Shown in pieces: positions 19,461 to 27,470 of a stretch of 64,000 nt of DNA. A program made the position numbers and the translations under genes. The stretch's first letter is position 1; each line of letters opens with the position of its first letter. Origin of the DNA: an uncultured Gemmatimonadota bacterium (GTDB taxonomy: Bacteria > JAAXHH01); the NCBI GenBank assembly GCA_951812955.1, contig OX638340.1, forward strand, positions 608,001-672,000. Reading direction: 5' to 3'. The notes under the pieces are model-generated. The model made no database searches, had not been told where the DNA came from, and saw nothing but the letters and a program-made list of their open reading frames with translations.

Positions 19461-19489
19461 ATAGCAAACCGGACTTTTATGTCAAGTAT
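19461..19489. promoter_or_regulatory. Candidate Rrf2/IscR-type operator in the AT-rich divergent promoter upstream of the Rrf2 gene.
   Basis: ATAGCAAACCGGACTTTTATGTCAAGTAT starts ATAG and ends AGTAT with internal GAC...GTC. This is reminiscent of the IscR type-1 site. Judged by eye only. Confidence 0.25.
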
Positions 19490-19675
19490 TAAATCCGCAG
19501 CAGTCGGCTGGGTATCCCGTGCGTGATTTGCCTGTAACGTGTGACGACGAAGCCGGATCTGCAACGGCATGCGGAATGACCTGTTCTATCTCCTTGACAT
19601 GGGGGACATCAGAAGTTACCGTCGATCCCAATCCACTTTAATCCCACTAAGCTACTAAAAGGACATTCTCATCAA

Positions 19676-20758
19676 ATGCCCAAGAAACTGGATGTACGCA
19701 TGATACCCGGCACCCGTTCCGTCGACGCGCTGACTGGCGAAGGCTATTTCCCTGTCATCACCTGTCTGGGTGGCAATGAACTGCTCCTGGCCTACCGGGC
19801 CGGCGCAGCGCACATGGGCCTGGGCGGCCGGCTGGACGTGAGACGGTCGGTCGACGGGGGCCTTAACTGGACTGCGCCTGTGACCGTGGCCGACAGCGAA
19901 AGGGACGACCGTAACCCCGCGCTGGGTCTGGCGCCGGACGGTACGCTTGTACTGGCCTATCACTGGCAGGGGTCCTACGATGACGAAGGCGCATGGAAAC
20001 TGGAATTGGGCAGGGCCGATACTCGGGTCGTATTCTCCGAGGATGGCGGCCATACCTGGACCGGTGACGAGCTCATCGATTTCACTCCGATCAACGGCGC
20101 CTCGCCCTTCGGCAAGATCTTCACGGTAGACGGCGTCATGCACATGCTGATCTATGGCGGTTCGCCCTGCTGCGAGGCCGGATCTGGAACGGTCAGGGTC
20201 GGGCCGGCTTCGACGCCGACGTACATCCTCAGATCCAGGGACAACGGGCGATCCTGGGGGGATCCCACGCTGGTCGCACTGGGACTCAACGAATCGGACG
20301 CAGCCATCCTACCCGACGGCCGCTGGCTCTTCGTCGCCCGTTCCGAGGACCGCGCCGAACAGGCGCTTTATGCCTGCGTTTCTGAGGACGGCGGGTACAC
20401 ATGGCGCAACGTGGGACGGGTCACGGACGCAAAGGAACATCCGCCGGACATCACCCTGATGTCCAACGGATGGCTGCTGCTGCTCTTCGGGCGACGGCAT
20501 CCTCCCTTCGGCGTGGAGGGCCTGATCAGCCGGGACGGCGGGATGACCTGGGATGATCGAAGACTGGTTCTGGACGACTCCCTGCCCGGCGGCGACATCG
20601 GTTATCCCTCCACTGCCCGCCTCGAAGACGGTCGTCTGGTTACCGCCTATTACACCGCGGGAACAGCGGAGAGAAAGTGGGAGATGTTCCGTGCCGCAGA
20701 CGTAGCATGCAAGGTCGTGTCTTACGACGAGTCCAGCCTTATTGATCACTGGAGCTAA
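19676..20758 (+). CDS. BNR/Asp-box repeat sialidase-fold (six-bladed beta-propeller) glycoside hydrolase-like protein with no signal peptide.
   Basis: Five Asp-box SxDxGxTW repeats (SVDGGLNWT, SEDGGHTWT, SRDNGRSWG, SEDGGYTWR, SRDGGMTWD). 360 aa. The N-terminus is not hydrophobic. Confidence 0.65.
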   Translation: MPKKLDVRMIPGTRSVDALTGEGYFPVITCLGGNELLLAYRAGAAHMGLGGRLDVRRSVDGGLNWTAPVTVADSERDDRNPALGLAPDGTLVLAYHWQGSYDDEGAWKLELGRADTRVVFSEDGGHTWTGDELIDFTPINGASPFGKIFTVDGVMHMLIYGGSPCCEAGSGTVRVGPASTPTYILRSRDNGRSWGDPTLVALGLNESDAAILPDGRWLFVARSEDRAEQALYACVSEDGGYTWRNVGRVTDAKEHPPDITLMSNGWLLLLFGRRHPPFGVEGLISRDGGMTWDDRRLVLDDSLPGGDIGYPSTARLEDGRLVTAYYTAGTAERKWEMFRAADVACKVVSYDESSLIDHWS

Positions 20759-20806
20759 ATATCGTAATGCGCTGTCCAAGAGCAGGTTACGTATCAGGAA
20801 CCTTGT

Positions 20807-21937
20807 GTGAGACTCGTTGATTCCGGTGAAATCCGCGACGGCCGTGCCATCCCGGATCACCGCAGGAACTGCGCCTTCACCACCATCAACAGGCTGAACG
20901 ACGGCACGATCCTCGTTTCAGGCCGGTGGGGAACGGCGCGGGATTCGGTGGACGGGCACGCCTGCATCTGGGCCACGTCGGACACCGGCCGTACCTGGCG
21001 CCTTCGATATGACGGAAACGGGAAGGGGACTTGGGACGGAACAGCGGGTGAAGTCAAGGGACTGACGAGTACGGAGCTGTCCCCAGGCACGCTCACGGCG
21101 ACGGCCCTGTGGGTCGACCGTTCCAATCCGGATCTTCCTTTCATCCATCCGGAAACGCAGGGCCTGCTGCCCATGCGCATCATGCACGTCGACTCGGGGG
21201 ACGGTGGCCGCACATGGGGTCCGCCGCGCCGAATGGACACAACGCCCCACCTCGCCGCTTCCCCCTGTTCACACCATATCATCCGGTTGTCCGGCGGTAC
21301 CCTTGTCCAGCCCTACGAACAGTGGAAGGAATACGGGGACACGTCGCCGGGCCGGCCCGCCGCGAGGCTGCGGTTATCACGGGACGGTGGGCGTAGCTGG
21401 CCGGATTTCGTCACCGTGGCCCGGCATCCGGACAACAAGCTCGCCTACTGGGACCAGCGGCTGGCTGTCCATCCCGTTGACGGCCGCCTGGCCGCCACCT
21501 TCTGGACCCACGATTTCGATGCGGGCGTCGACATCGACATCCATATCGCCTACGGGTCGCCGGACGGCCGTGCGTGGACGATCCCCCGCGGCACCGGACT
21601 TCCCGGCCAGCACTGCCAGCCCCTCGCCCTTGGTGGGGATCGCCTGCTGGCCGCTTATCCGCGACGCGGGGATCCTCCCGGCATCGTGCTTTCCATCAGC
21701 GAGGATTTCGGCGAAAGCTGGGACCGGAGCCGGGATCTCCTAGTCTACGACAGCATCGCCGGCAATGAGTCCGGATCCCGCGGCAGCCGTACGCAGTCCG
21801 AATTGTGGGGTGACATGGAGCGCTGGCGCTTCGGACATCCCCGGATGGTGCGATTGCCGGACGACGAGGTGTTCGTCGTCTACTACGCGGGAGATGATGC
21901 CGTCAAGACCGCGCGGTGGGCGAGGGTCCGCGTTTAG
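20807..21937 (+). CDS. Second BNR/Asp-box sialidase-fold protein, tandem to the first, also without a signal peptide. GTG start.
   Basis: Asp boxes SDTGRTW, SGDGGRTWG, SRDGGRSWP, SPDGRAWT, SEDFGESWD. 376 aa. Confidence 0.65.
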   Translation: MRLVDSGEIRDGRAIPDHRRNCAFTTINRLNDGTILVSGRWGTARDSVDGHACIWATSDTGRTWRLRYDGNGKGTWDGTAGEVKGLTSTELSPGTLTATALWVDRSNPDLPFIHPETQGLLPMRIMHVDSGDGGRTWGPPRRMDTTPHLAASPCSHHIIRLSGGTLVQPYEQWKEYGDTSPGRPAARLRLSRDGGRSWPDFVTVARHPDNKLAYWDQRLAVHPVDGRLAATFWTHDFDAGVDIDIHIAYGSPDGRAWTIPRGTGLPGQHCQPLALGGDRLLAAYPRRGDPPGIVLSISEDFGESWDRSRDLLVYDSIAGNESGSRGSRTQSELWGDMERWRFGHPRMVRLPDDEVFVVYYAGDDAVKTARWARVRV

Positions 21938-22009
21938 CCCGGCTTCGACACTGTCTGCAGGGCAGTGCCGCTGAGGATACGGTCCGACGATCAGTGCAGC
22001 GCCTGGGGT

Positions 22010-22083
22010 GAACGACTCTGGCTCAGCCTCGCACATCCCGCCAGAGCCGCGCTTGCGGCGTTCGATCCGGGCTCAGCCCCTCA
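22010..22083. repeat. Two copies of an imperfect 25-bp direct repeat 49 bp apart. Copy 2 is the 3' end, including the stop codon, of the enolase-superfamily gene. Copy 1 is intergenic.
   Basis: ggctcagcctcgcacatcccgccag (22010-22034) versus ggctcagcccctcacatcccgccag (22059-22083). A small hairpin (gccgcgcttgcggc) lies between them. Confidence 0.6.
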
Positions 22084-23263
22084 CATCCCGCCAGGGACGA
22101 ACCATAATCCGCTCGAAACCTGCCGGATCGATGTCCACGCCGAGTCCCGGGCCCGGTGGTACCGCCACGCAGCCGTCCTCATCCAACACAAAAGGCTCGG
22201 CGAAATAACCCTTGCCGATGAACGTCCGCCCATCCTCGCGCCAGCAATTCACTTCATTGTGTTCCTGGACCAGGAAGTTCGACGCGCAGGCGTCGATCTG
22301 AATGGATGCGGCGAGGGCCAGCGGGCTTAAGGGGCAGTGCAGGGCGAGTTTCGCATAGGCGCTTTCACCCATCACCGCGATCTTGTGACACTCGGTGATG
22401 CCGCCGGCGTGGCACAGGTCCGGCTGCATCACGGACAGGGCGTTCTTGCGCAGGGCGTCGTAGAAGATCCACTTGCCCATCCAACGTTCGCCGGCTGCGA
22501 TAGGGATTTCGCTGTTGCGCGCGATGTCCGCGAGCACGTCGACCCGTTCCACGGGCATGGGTTCCTCGATGAACAGGGGCCGGTGCGGCGTCAGGGCCGA
22601 TATCATCTGTTTGGCCATCACGGGGTGTGGATTATGGATATCCACGGCCACTTCCACATCGGGCCCGGCGCCCCTGCGCACGGCGGCGAAGGCTTCGGCG
22701 ATCCGCTCCACCTCCGAGGTGGGTTCCAGTCCGGTGCCCATGCCCACGTGCAGCTTCATGCACCGGAAGCCCCACTCCTCGACAATGACCCTGGCCGCCT
22801 CCTCATGCGCCCCGGGAAAATCCACGTCCGGGTCATACGAAGGATGATAACCCGCGTCGTAGGGCTGCCCGGGTTCCACGTACCAGGGCAGTTGTCCCCC
22901 CACAGCGCGGTACATGCGTATCCGGTCGCGGCAGGCTCCGCCAAGCATGGCATGGACCGGAAGCCCTGCGGCTTTGCCGGCAAGGTCCCAGAGCGCCATG
23001 TCGATTCCGCTGATCGCGCTCATCTTCACCGGTCCGCCGACATATCCCGAACCGCCCTCGTACATGGTATGCCAGAGCGACTCGACGCGGCAGGGGTCTT
23101 TCCCGACAAGCAACGGCTCCAGGCGCCGCACCTCGGCGATGACGCTTTCCGGGTGGTTTTCCAGGTAGGGTTCGCCCCAGCCGAACAGTTCGGTGTCCGT
23201 GTGGATCTTCAGCCATACCCAACTCGGCGGAACGCGCAGGATTTCGAAGTGAGTGATTCGCAT
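22073..23263 (-). CDS. Enolase-superfamily (mandelate racemase/muconate lactonizing enzyme) sugar-acid dehydratase, D-mannonate/D-galactonate dehydratase-like.
   Basis: 396 aa. MR/MLE N- and C-domain motifs (GWGEPYLENH, MKLHVGMG, VDIHNPH, FIEEP, MQPDLCHAGGITE). Confidence 0.75.
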   Translation of the reverse strand: MRITHFEILRVPPSWVWLKIHTDTELFGWGEPYLENHPESVIAEVRRLEPLLVGKDPCRVESLWHTMYEGGSGYVGGPVKMSAISGIDMALWDLAGKAAGLPVHAMLGGACRDRIRMYRAVGGQLPWYVEPGQPYDAGYHPSYDPDVDFPGAHEEAARVIVEEWGFRCMKLHVGMGTGLEPTSEVERIAEAFAAVRRGAGPDVEVAVDIHNPHPVMAKQMISALTPHRPLFIEEPMPVERVDVLADIARNSEIPIAAGERWMGKWIFYDALRKNALSVMQPDLCHAGGITECHKIAVMGESAYAKLALHCPLSPLALAASIQIDACASNFLVQEHNEVNCWREDGRTFIGKGYFAEPFVLDEDGCVAVPPGPGLGVDIDPAGFERIMVRPWRDVRG

Positions 23264-23340
23264 GCTCGGCTTTGCTCCCTGTTCTTGATGGCATCATGTT
23301 CTGACGGTATCACAAATCGTGCAATGGCCAGGACGCCTAC

Positions 23341-24318
23341 CTATCGGCCATAGACCGTCTGGATCATCGCACGGATGTAGCCGTTCGCGTAGGCCTTGCC
23401 TGCCGGACCAGCCATTGATTGGGGGAAGCCCGGTGTGTGGTCCATGCCGAAGGGGCCGCTGTACCCGTTATCGCGGTAGGTTTCCATGGCCCGGCGCATA
23501 TCCACTTCGCCCTCGTCGATGAAAACCTCCGCGAACCTCGGCAGCCGGCCTCTGACGTTCCGGAAATGGACCAGGGCGATCTTTTTCCGGGAGGCCATCT
23601 CGGCGATGATATGGTAGACGTCCTGTGGACCCGCCAGTTCGGTCATGCAACCCTGGCAGAAGAGCATCCTGTGATATGCGCTGGGTACCGCGTCGAAAAT
23701 CCGGCGGAAATGCTCCACCGTGGAGCAGATCTGCGCGACGCCGCCCAGAGGCTCCGGTATGGGCGGGTCGTCCGGGTGGAGCGCCAGGTTTACCCCGGCC
23801 TTTTCGGCCGCCGGGACCGCGGCGCGCATGAAGGCGACCATGTTGTCCCACATCACCTCGGCCGAGACGGGCGGCTCGTGGGGCTGCGGGCGGCTCCGGT
23901 CGAATTCGGCATAATCGAAGGTACTGTACACCGCGCCGCCGCGGCCGATGTCGGAAATGGTGCGGAAGTTGCCCATGGGCTTGAAATTCCAGGCCAGGGT
24001 CGGTATCCCTGCCTTGCCCAGGCATTCGATAAGCCGGACGAAAGCGCCCAGTTCTTCGTCCCGTTCCGCCGTGGCCAGCGTGATCCCCTCCAGGACCGGC
24101 ATGAAGACGGTCTGCAGTTTCAGCCCATGGGACTCGGTCTTTTCCCGGGCCTGTTCGAAAAGCTCGGTACTGTCTTTGCCCGCACGAACGTGCCGTTCCG
24201 CTTCGACCTTCCCTCCGGTCCTCAGGTCCAGCTGGATCATGTCCACGCTGATCGCGCGATAGAAACTAAGGGTCTCGTCGTTGAAATCGGACCAGTTTAC
24301 GACATCATGCAGGTACAT
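23341..24318 (-). CDS. uxuA: D-mannonate dehydratase (UxuA family, xylose-isomerase-like TIM barrel).
   Basis: Matches UxuA blocks: FMPVLEG (cf. FMPVLDW), LALHPDDPPIPEPLGGVAQICSTVEH (cf. [24 protein letters not shown]), HFRNVRG, GMDHTPG. Confidence 0.7.
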   Translation of the reverse strand: MYLHDVVNWSDFNDETLSFYRAISVDMIQLDLRTGGKVEAERHVRAGKDSTELFEQAREKTESHGLKLQTVFMPVLEGITLATAERDEELGAFVRLIECLGKAGIPTLAWNFKPMGNFRTISDIGRGGAVYSTFDYAEFDRSRPQPHEPPVSAEVMWDNMVAFMRAAVPAAEKAGVNLALHPDDPPIPEPLGGVAQICSTVEHFRRIFDAVPSAYHRMLFCQGCMTELAGPQDVYHIIAEMASRKKIALVHFRNVRGRLPRFAEVFIDEGEVDMRRAMETYRDNGYSGPFGMDHTPGFPQSMAGPAGKAYANGYIRAMIQTVYGR

Positions 24319-24380
24319 CGATCGCCTCCAATGCTGGCGCTACGGGTTGGACGACTTCCGCTTCGACCTGACCTACGGGA

Positions 24381-24428
24381 TGGTGATCTGGTGATCTGGT
24401 GATCTGGTGATCTGGTGATCTGGTGATA
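24381..24428. repeat. Perfect 8-bp microsatellite (TGGTGATC)x5 plus one variant copy (TGGTGATA). It lies in the divergent promoter between uxuA (-) and the HpcH aldolase gene (+). Every full unit contains GATC.
   Basis: Read directly from the sequence: tggtgatctggtgatctggtgatctggtgatctggtgatctggtgata. Confidence 0.9.
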
Positions 24429-24518
24429 AGATAACCCCCCGGGCCAGTGCAGCAATTCGAAAATCGATCAGACACCACGTATATCCATATTGGGCTAACG
24501 CAAAGCGGAATCATGTAT

Positions 24519-24524
24519 TATAAT
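24519..24524 (+). promoter_or_regulatory. Candidate sigma70 -10 hexamer TATAAT, preceded by TG-T, oriented toward the HpcH aldolase gene.
   Basis: catgTATTATAATcgg in a locally AT-rich stretch. The best -35 candidate (TTGGGC at 24490-24495) has poor spacing, so confidence is low. Confidence 0.3.
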
Positions 24525-24550
24525 CGGTAGTCCGGCGCACCCGTAGGCAT

Positions 24551-24618
24551 AGCGCATCCATAGGCTAAGCGCATCCGTAGACTGAGCGCATCCGTAAGCC
24601 GGCGCATCCGAATATCGC
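24551..24618. repeat. Four tandem degenerate 17-bp direct repeats (core AGCGCATCCGTA) between the putative promoter and the HpcH aldolase start.
   Basis: agcgcatccataggcta / agcgcatccgtagactg / agcgcatccgtaagccg / gcgcatccgaatatcgc. Confidence 0.8.
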
Positions 24619-24687
24619 GTACGGAAACACGGAGTCAATCCCATCCCATTTCAATCTCGGCAGGCAAACGACACAGGAGCCCTTCCA

Positions 24688-25413
24688 ATGGCGGAACGCA
24701 ACTTGAAACAGCGCATCGGCGCGGGAGAACAGGTCATCGGCGCTAACGTCGGCATGTCCCATACAAGGGAACAGCTTAAAAAGGTAGTAGAGTCAGGTGA
24801 GTACGACTTTCTCTGGGTAGACGGACAGCACAGCGCTTTCAGCGAAGACTCCCTGGTGGAATTCTGCGACAGGGCCGATGCGCTGGATGCCGACGTCATG
24901 TTCCGCATCAAGCACACGTTTCACAGCTACCTGGTCGGTAACCTGCTCGACCTTGGGCCCGCCGGGATCGAAGTGCCCCAGGTCGAATTGGAATCAACGG
25001 TGGATGAGGCGGTCGACTTCTTCTACTATCCTCAGCAGGGCATGCGGAGCTGGGGAGGCGGAGCGCGGCGTAAAGTGGATGAACAGGGCGGCGACCGGCT
25101 GGGCTATGCCGAGTGGTGGAACAACTACGGCGTGCTGATGATGCAGCTTGAATCGATACCCGCGGTGACAGGTGCGCGGAGACTGGCCAAAGCGGGGGTA
25201 GACTGCCTGTCCTTCGGTCCAAACGATCTCATGTACAGTATCGAGGCCCATCCGCACCATCCGTTCCGCGACGTGGACGATTGCGTTCGCCACGTGGTCG
25301 AACAGCTCGCCGGTTCCGGTACGAGGGTGTGTTTCCGGAACCACCCGGCCAGCATGCGGCAGCGGTACGTTGACATGGGTGTAACGGTGTTTCTGGAGAG
25401 TCCGTCGCTGTAG
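24688..25413 (+). CDS. HpcH/HpaI-family 2-keto-3-deoxy-sugar-acid aldolase.
   Basis: 241 aa. Family blocks GANVGMSHTRE, DFLWVDGQHSAFSE, MFRIKHT, ESIPAVTGA, CLSFGPNDL. Confidence 0.7.
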   Translation: MAERNLKQRIGAGEQVIGANVGMSHTREQLKKVVESGEYDFLWVDGQHSAFSEDSLVEFCDRADALDADVMFRIKHTFHSYLVGNLLDLGPAGIEVPQVELESTVDEAVDFFYYPQQGMRSWGGGARRKVDEQGGDRLGYAEWWNNYGVLMMQLESIPAVTGARRLAKAGVDCLSFGPNDLMYSIEAHPHHPFRDVDDCVRHVVEQLAGSGTRVCFRNHPASMRQRYVDMGVTVFLESPSL

Positions 25414-25486
25414 AGGCTGCCGCCAGATAGAATTTGCCGATGCCGGCGGAGTTTTTCCCATTGCGGACGCGGTCCCCACGAATCTG

Positions 25487-27316
25487 TTATGCGCCGGGAC
25501 GCCCTCCGGCAATGTCGGATTTCGCATCGAAATCCAAAGACTGAGCCTCGTACATCTTCGCGAATAGACCACCCTGTTCTACCAGTTCCTTCGGCGTACC
25601 CGATTCGGCCAGTCGGCCCTCACTGATAACCAGGATGCGATCCGCGTGCCGGATCGTCGAGAGTCTGTGGGCGATGACCATGATGGTTCGGCCGGTCCTT
25701 GCCCGTTCGACGGCGATTCGGATCTCTTCTTCGGCCAGTGCATCCAGGGCCGAAGTGGCCTCGTCAAGCACGAGAATACAGGTCGAGGTCCGCATGAGCG
25801 CACGGGCCATGGCGATGCGTTGCTTTTCACCACCGGATAGCAGGATACCGTCTTCTCCCGCCTCGGTAGCGTACCCTTCCGGCAGATTCTCAACGAATTC
25901 GTGCAGTGCGGAAGAACGCGCGGCTCGCTCCACCGCCTCAATTTCATAGTCCGCAACGGGGTAAGCGATGTTGTCGGCAAGCGAAGCGTTCCACATGAAA
26001 ACATCCTGGGGCACGACGGCGATTCGCGACCTGAGAGAGGCCAGCGTCATCTCGCGTACATCCGTTCCGCCAATGGAAATGCTTCCGCTTTCTGGTTCCT
26101 GCATACGGGTCAGCAGGTCGATGATCGTGGTCTTCCCGCCGCCGCTCGGCCCCACGATGCCGACGAACTCACCCCCGTTGACCGTGAAGGAGAGATCTTT
26201 CACCTCGTATCCCCGTTCATAACTGAACCAAATGTCGGAAAACTCGATAGTCGGAGGCGTGATGTCGATCCGTTCCACCGGGCGTCCACGGCCGAATCCT
26301 TCCTCAGCGGGAAGCGCGAATAATCCGTCCAGGCTCTTCACGGAGACGTCGATGAGTTTTGTGCCGGTATAGGTCGCAATTACGGACCGCAACGCGGCGG
26401 AGGCTCTCGGCGTATAGGCCATGACGGCCACGAGACTGCCGATGGTGATATCACCGGCCATGGCCTGGAAAGCGCCATATCCGAGGAGGACGCCCAGGAC
26501 CAGTCCGCTGATCACTTCGTTCGGAAAGTTGAGCACGATATCGTGGAGGGCCGCACCACGCATCTTAACCCGGGCGTGTTTTTCTAATAGCCCCCCACAT
26601 CGCTTCCTGGTATGCGTTTCCCCATTGAACAGGCGTATCGTACGAAACGCGCCGACCATCTCGTAGAGGAAGCTCTCGACGGCCTTGCTCTGTTCGTTCG
26701 AACGGCGGTCCATTTCCTTCGAGTACCTGGACAGGAACCGGGTGGCCAGGTACGTCGCCGGCATCGCGACACAGAAAATCACCGCGAGTTCGACATTTAG
26801 CAGGAACACCATGATCAGCGTCCCCGCCAGCATGATCGAGCTTGTAAAGACGGGGAGCAGTTCCTGCGCGATGTACATCTCGCCGATCCGGCCGGTATCC
26901 CGCGTAACGCGAAAGACGATGTTCCCCCTGGGGATCTTTTCCAGGGCGTCCAGCCTGACATGCAGAAGGTGGTTCAGGACCGCCTTGCGCAGGGCAAGGG
27001 TAACCGACGCACCGATGCGGACCCGCAGATGTCCCTGTACGTAGGAGAAAGCGATCGCCACCAGCGGCGTGGCGACCATGGCCACCAGCAGTCTCCACGC
27101 CAGTGTTGTATCCGACTCCGGGATCGCCGTGTCGAAGAGCATTTTGAAGAACAGGGGCTGGATCAGCATGACCGCTGATCCAGCGAGCATCATGATAACC
27201 GCGGCGCCAATAGTATACTTATGTTGATACAGCGTCTGCCGAACGACTTTGGCGGCATGTGCCACCGGTTCTTTGTTCCTGTGGACTCGATTGGCTTTCC
27301 GATCGTCTGATGGCAT
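25487..27316 (-). CDS. ABC exporter, fused permease and ATPase (MsbA/type-I exporter-like).
   Basis: 609 aa. Six N-terminal TM helices. Walker A GPSGGGKTT. Signature LSGGEKQRIAMARA. Walker B ILVLDEATSALD. Confidence 0.85.
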   Translation of the reverse strand: MPSDDRKANRVHRNKEPVAHAAKVVRQTLYQHKYTIGAAVIMMLAGSAVMLIQPLFFKMLFDTAIPESDTTLAWRLLVAMVATPLVAIAFSYVQGHLRVRIGASVTLALRKAVLNHLLHVRLDALEKIPRGNIVFRVTRDTGRIGEMYIAQELLPVFTSSIMLAGTLIMVFLLNVELAVIFCVAMPATYLATRFLSRYSKEMDRRSNEQSKAVESFLYEMVGAFRTIRLFNGETHTRKRCGGLLEKHARVKMRGAALHDIVLNFPNEVISGLVLGVLLGYGAFQAMAGDITIGSLVAVMAYTPRASAALRSVIATYTGTKLIDVSVKSLDGLFALPAEEGFGRGRPVERIDITPPTIEFSDIWFSYERGYEVKDLSFTVNGGEFVGIVGPSGGGKTTIIDLLTRMQEPESGSISIGGTDVREMTLASLRSRIAVVPQDVFMWNASLADNIAYPVADYEIEAVERAARSSALHEFVENLPEGYATEAGEDGILLSGGEKQRIAMARALMRTSTCILVLDEATSALDALAEEEIRIAVERARTGRTIMVIAHRLSTIRHADRILVISEGRLAESGTPKELVEQGGLFAKMYEAQSLDFDAKSDIAGGRPGA

Positions 27317-27470
27317 GCCCTCGCTCTCCTATGGTCGTCGATTCTCACCAGTAGAGTACGAAATCGTACACGGACAGGGATCGTTCCGGCAGATTCCACA
27401 AAAAGGCAAAGCCCCCGGCGGCATTTACCACCGGGGGCCTGGATCTGCATACCTCTGGAGCGACCTGCGT

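Noticed and set aside
22337-23353. 338-aa plus-strand ORF antisense to the enolase-superfamily dehydratase
   Set aside because: His/Gly/Arg-rich low-complexity translation. Spurious.
24305-24514. 69-aa minus-strand ORF covering the 8-bp microsatellite (encodes ITRSPDHQITRSPDHH)
   Set aside because: Its repetitive peptide is simply the translation of the tandem repeat. It overlaps the uxuA start in another frame and has no RBS. Treated as non-coding repeat DNA.
24381-24618. Tandem repeats as a possible CRISPR array
   Set aside because: Units are 8 and 17 bp with no intervening unique spacers of uniform length, and no cas genes are in the window. These are microsatellite or iteron-type repeats, not CRISPR.
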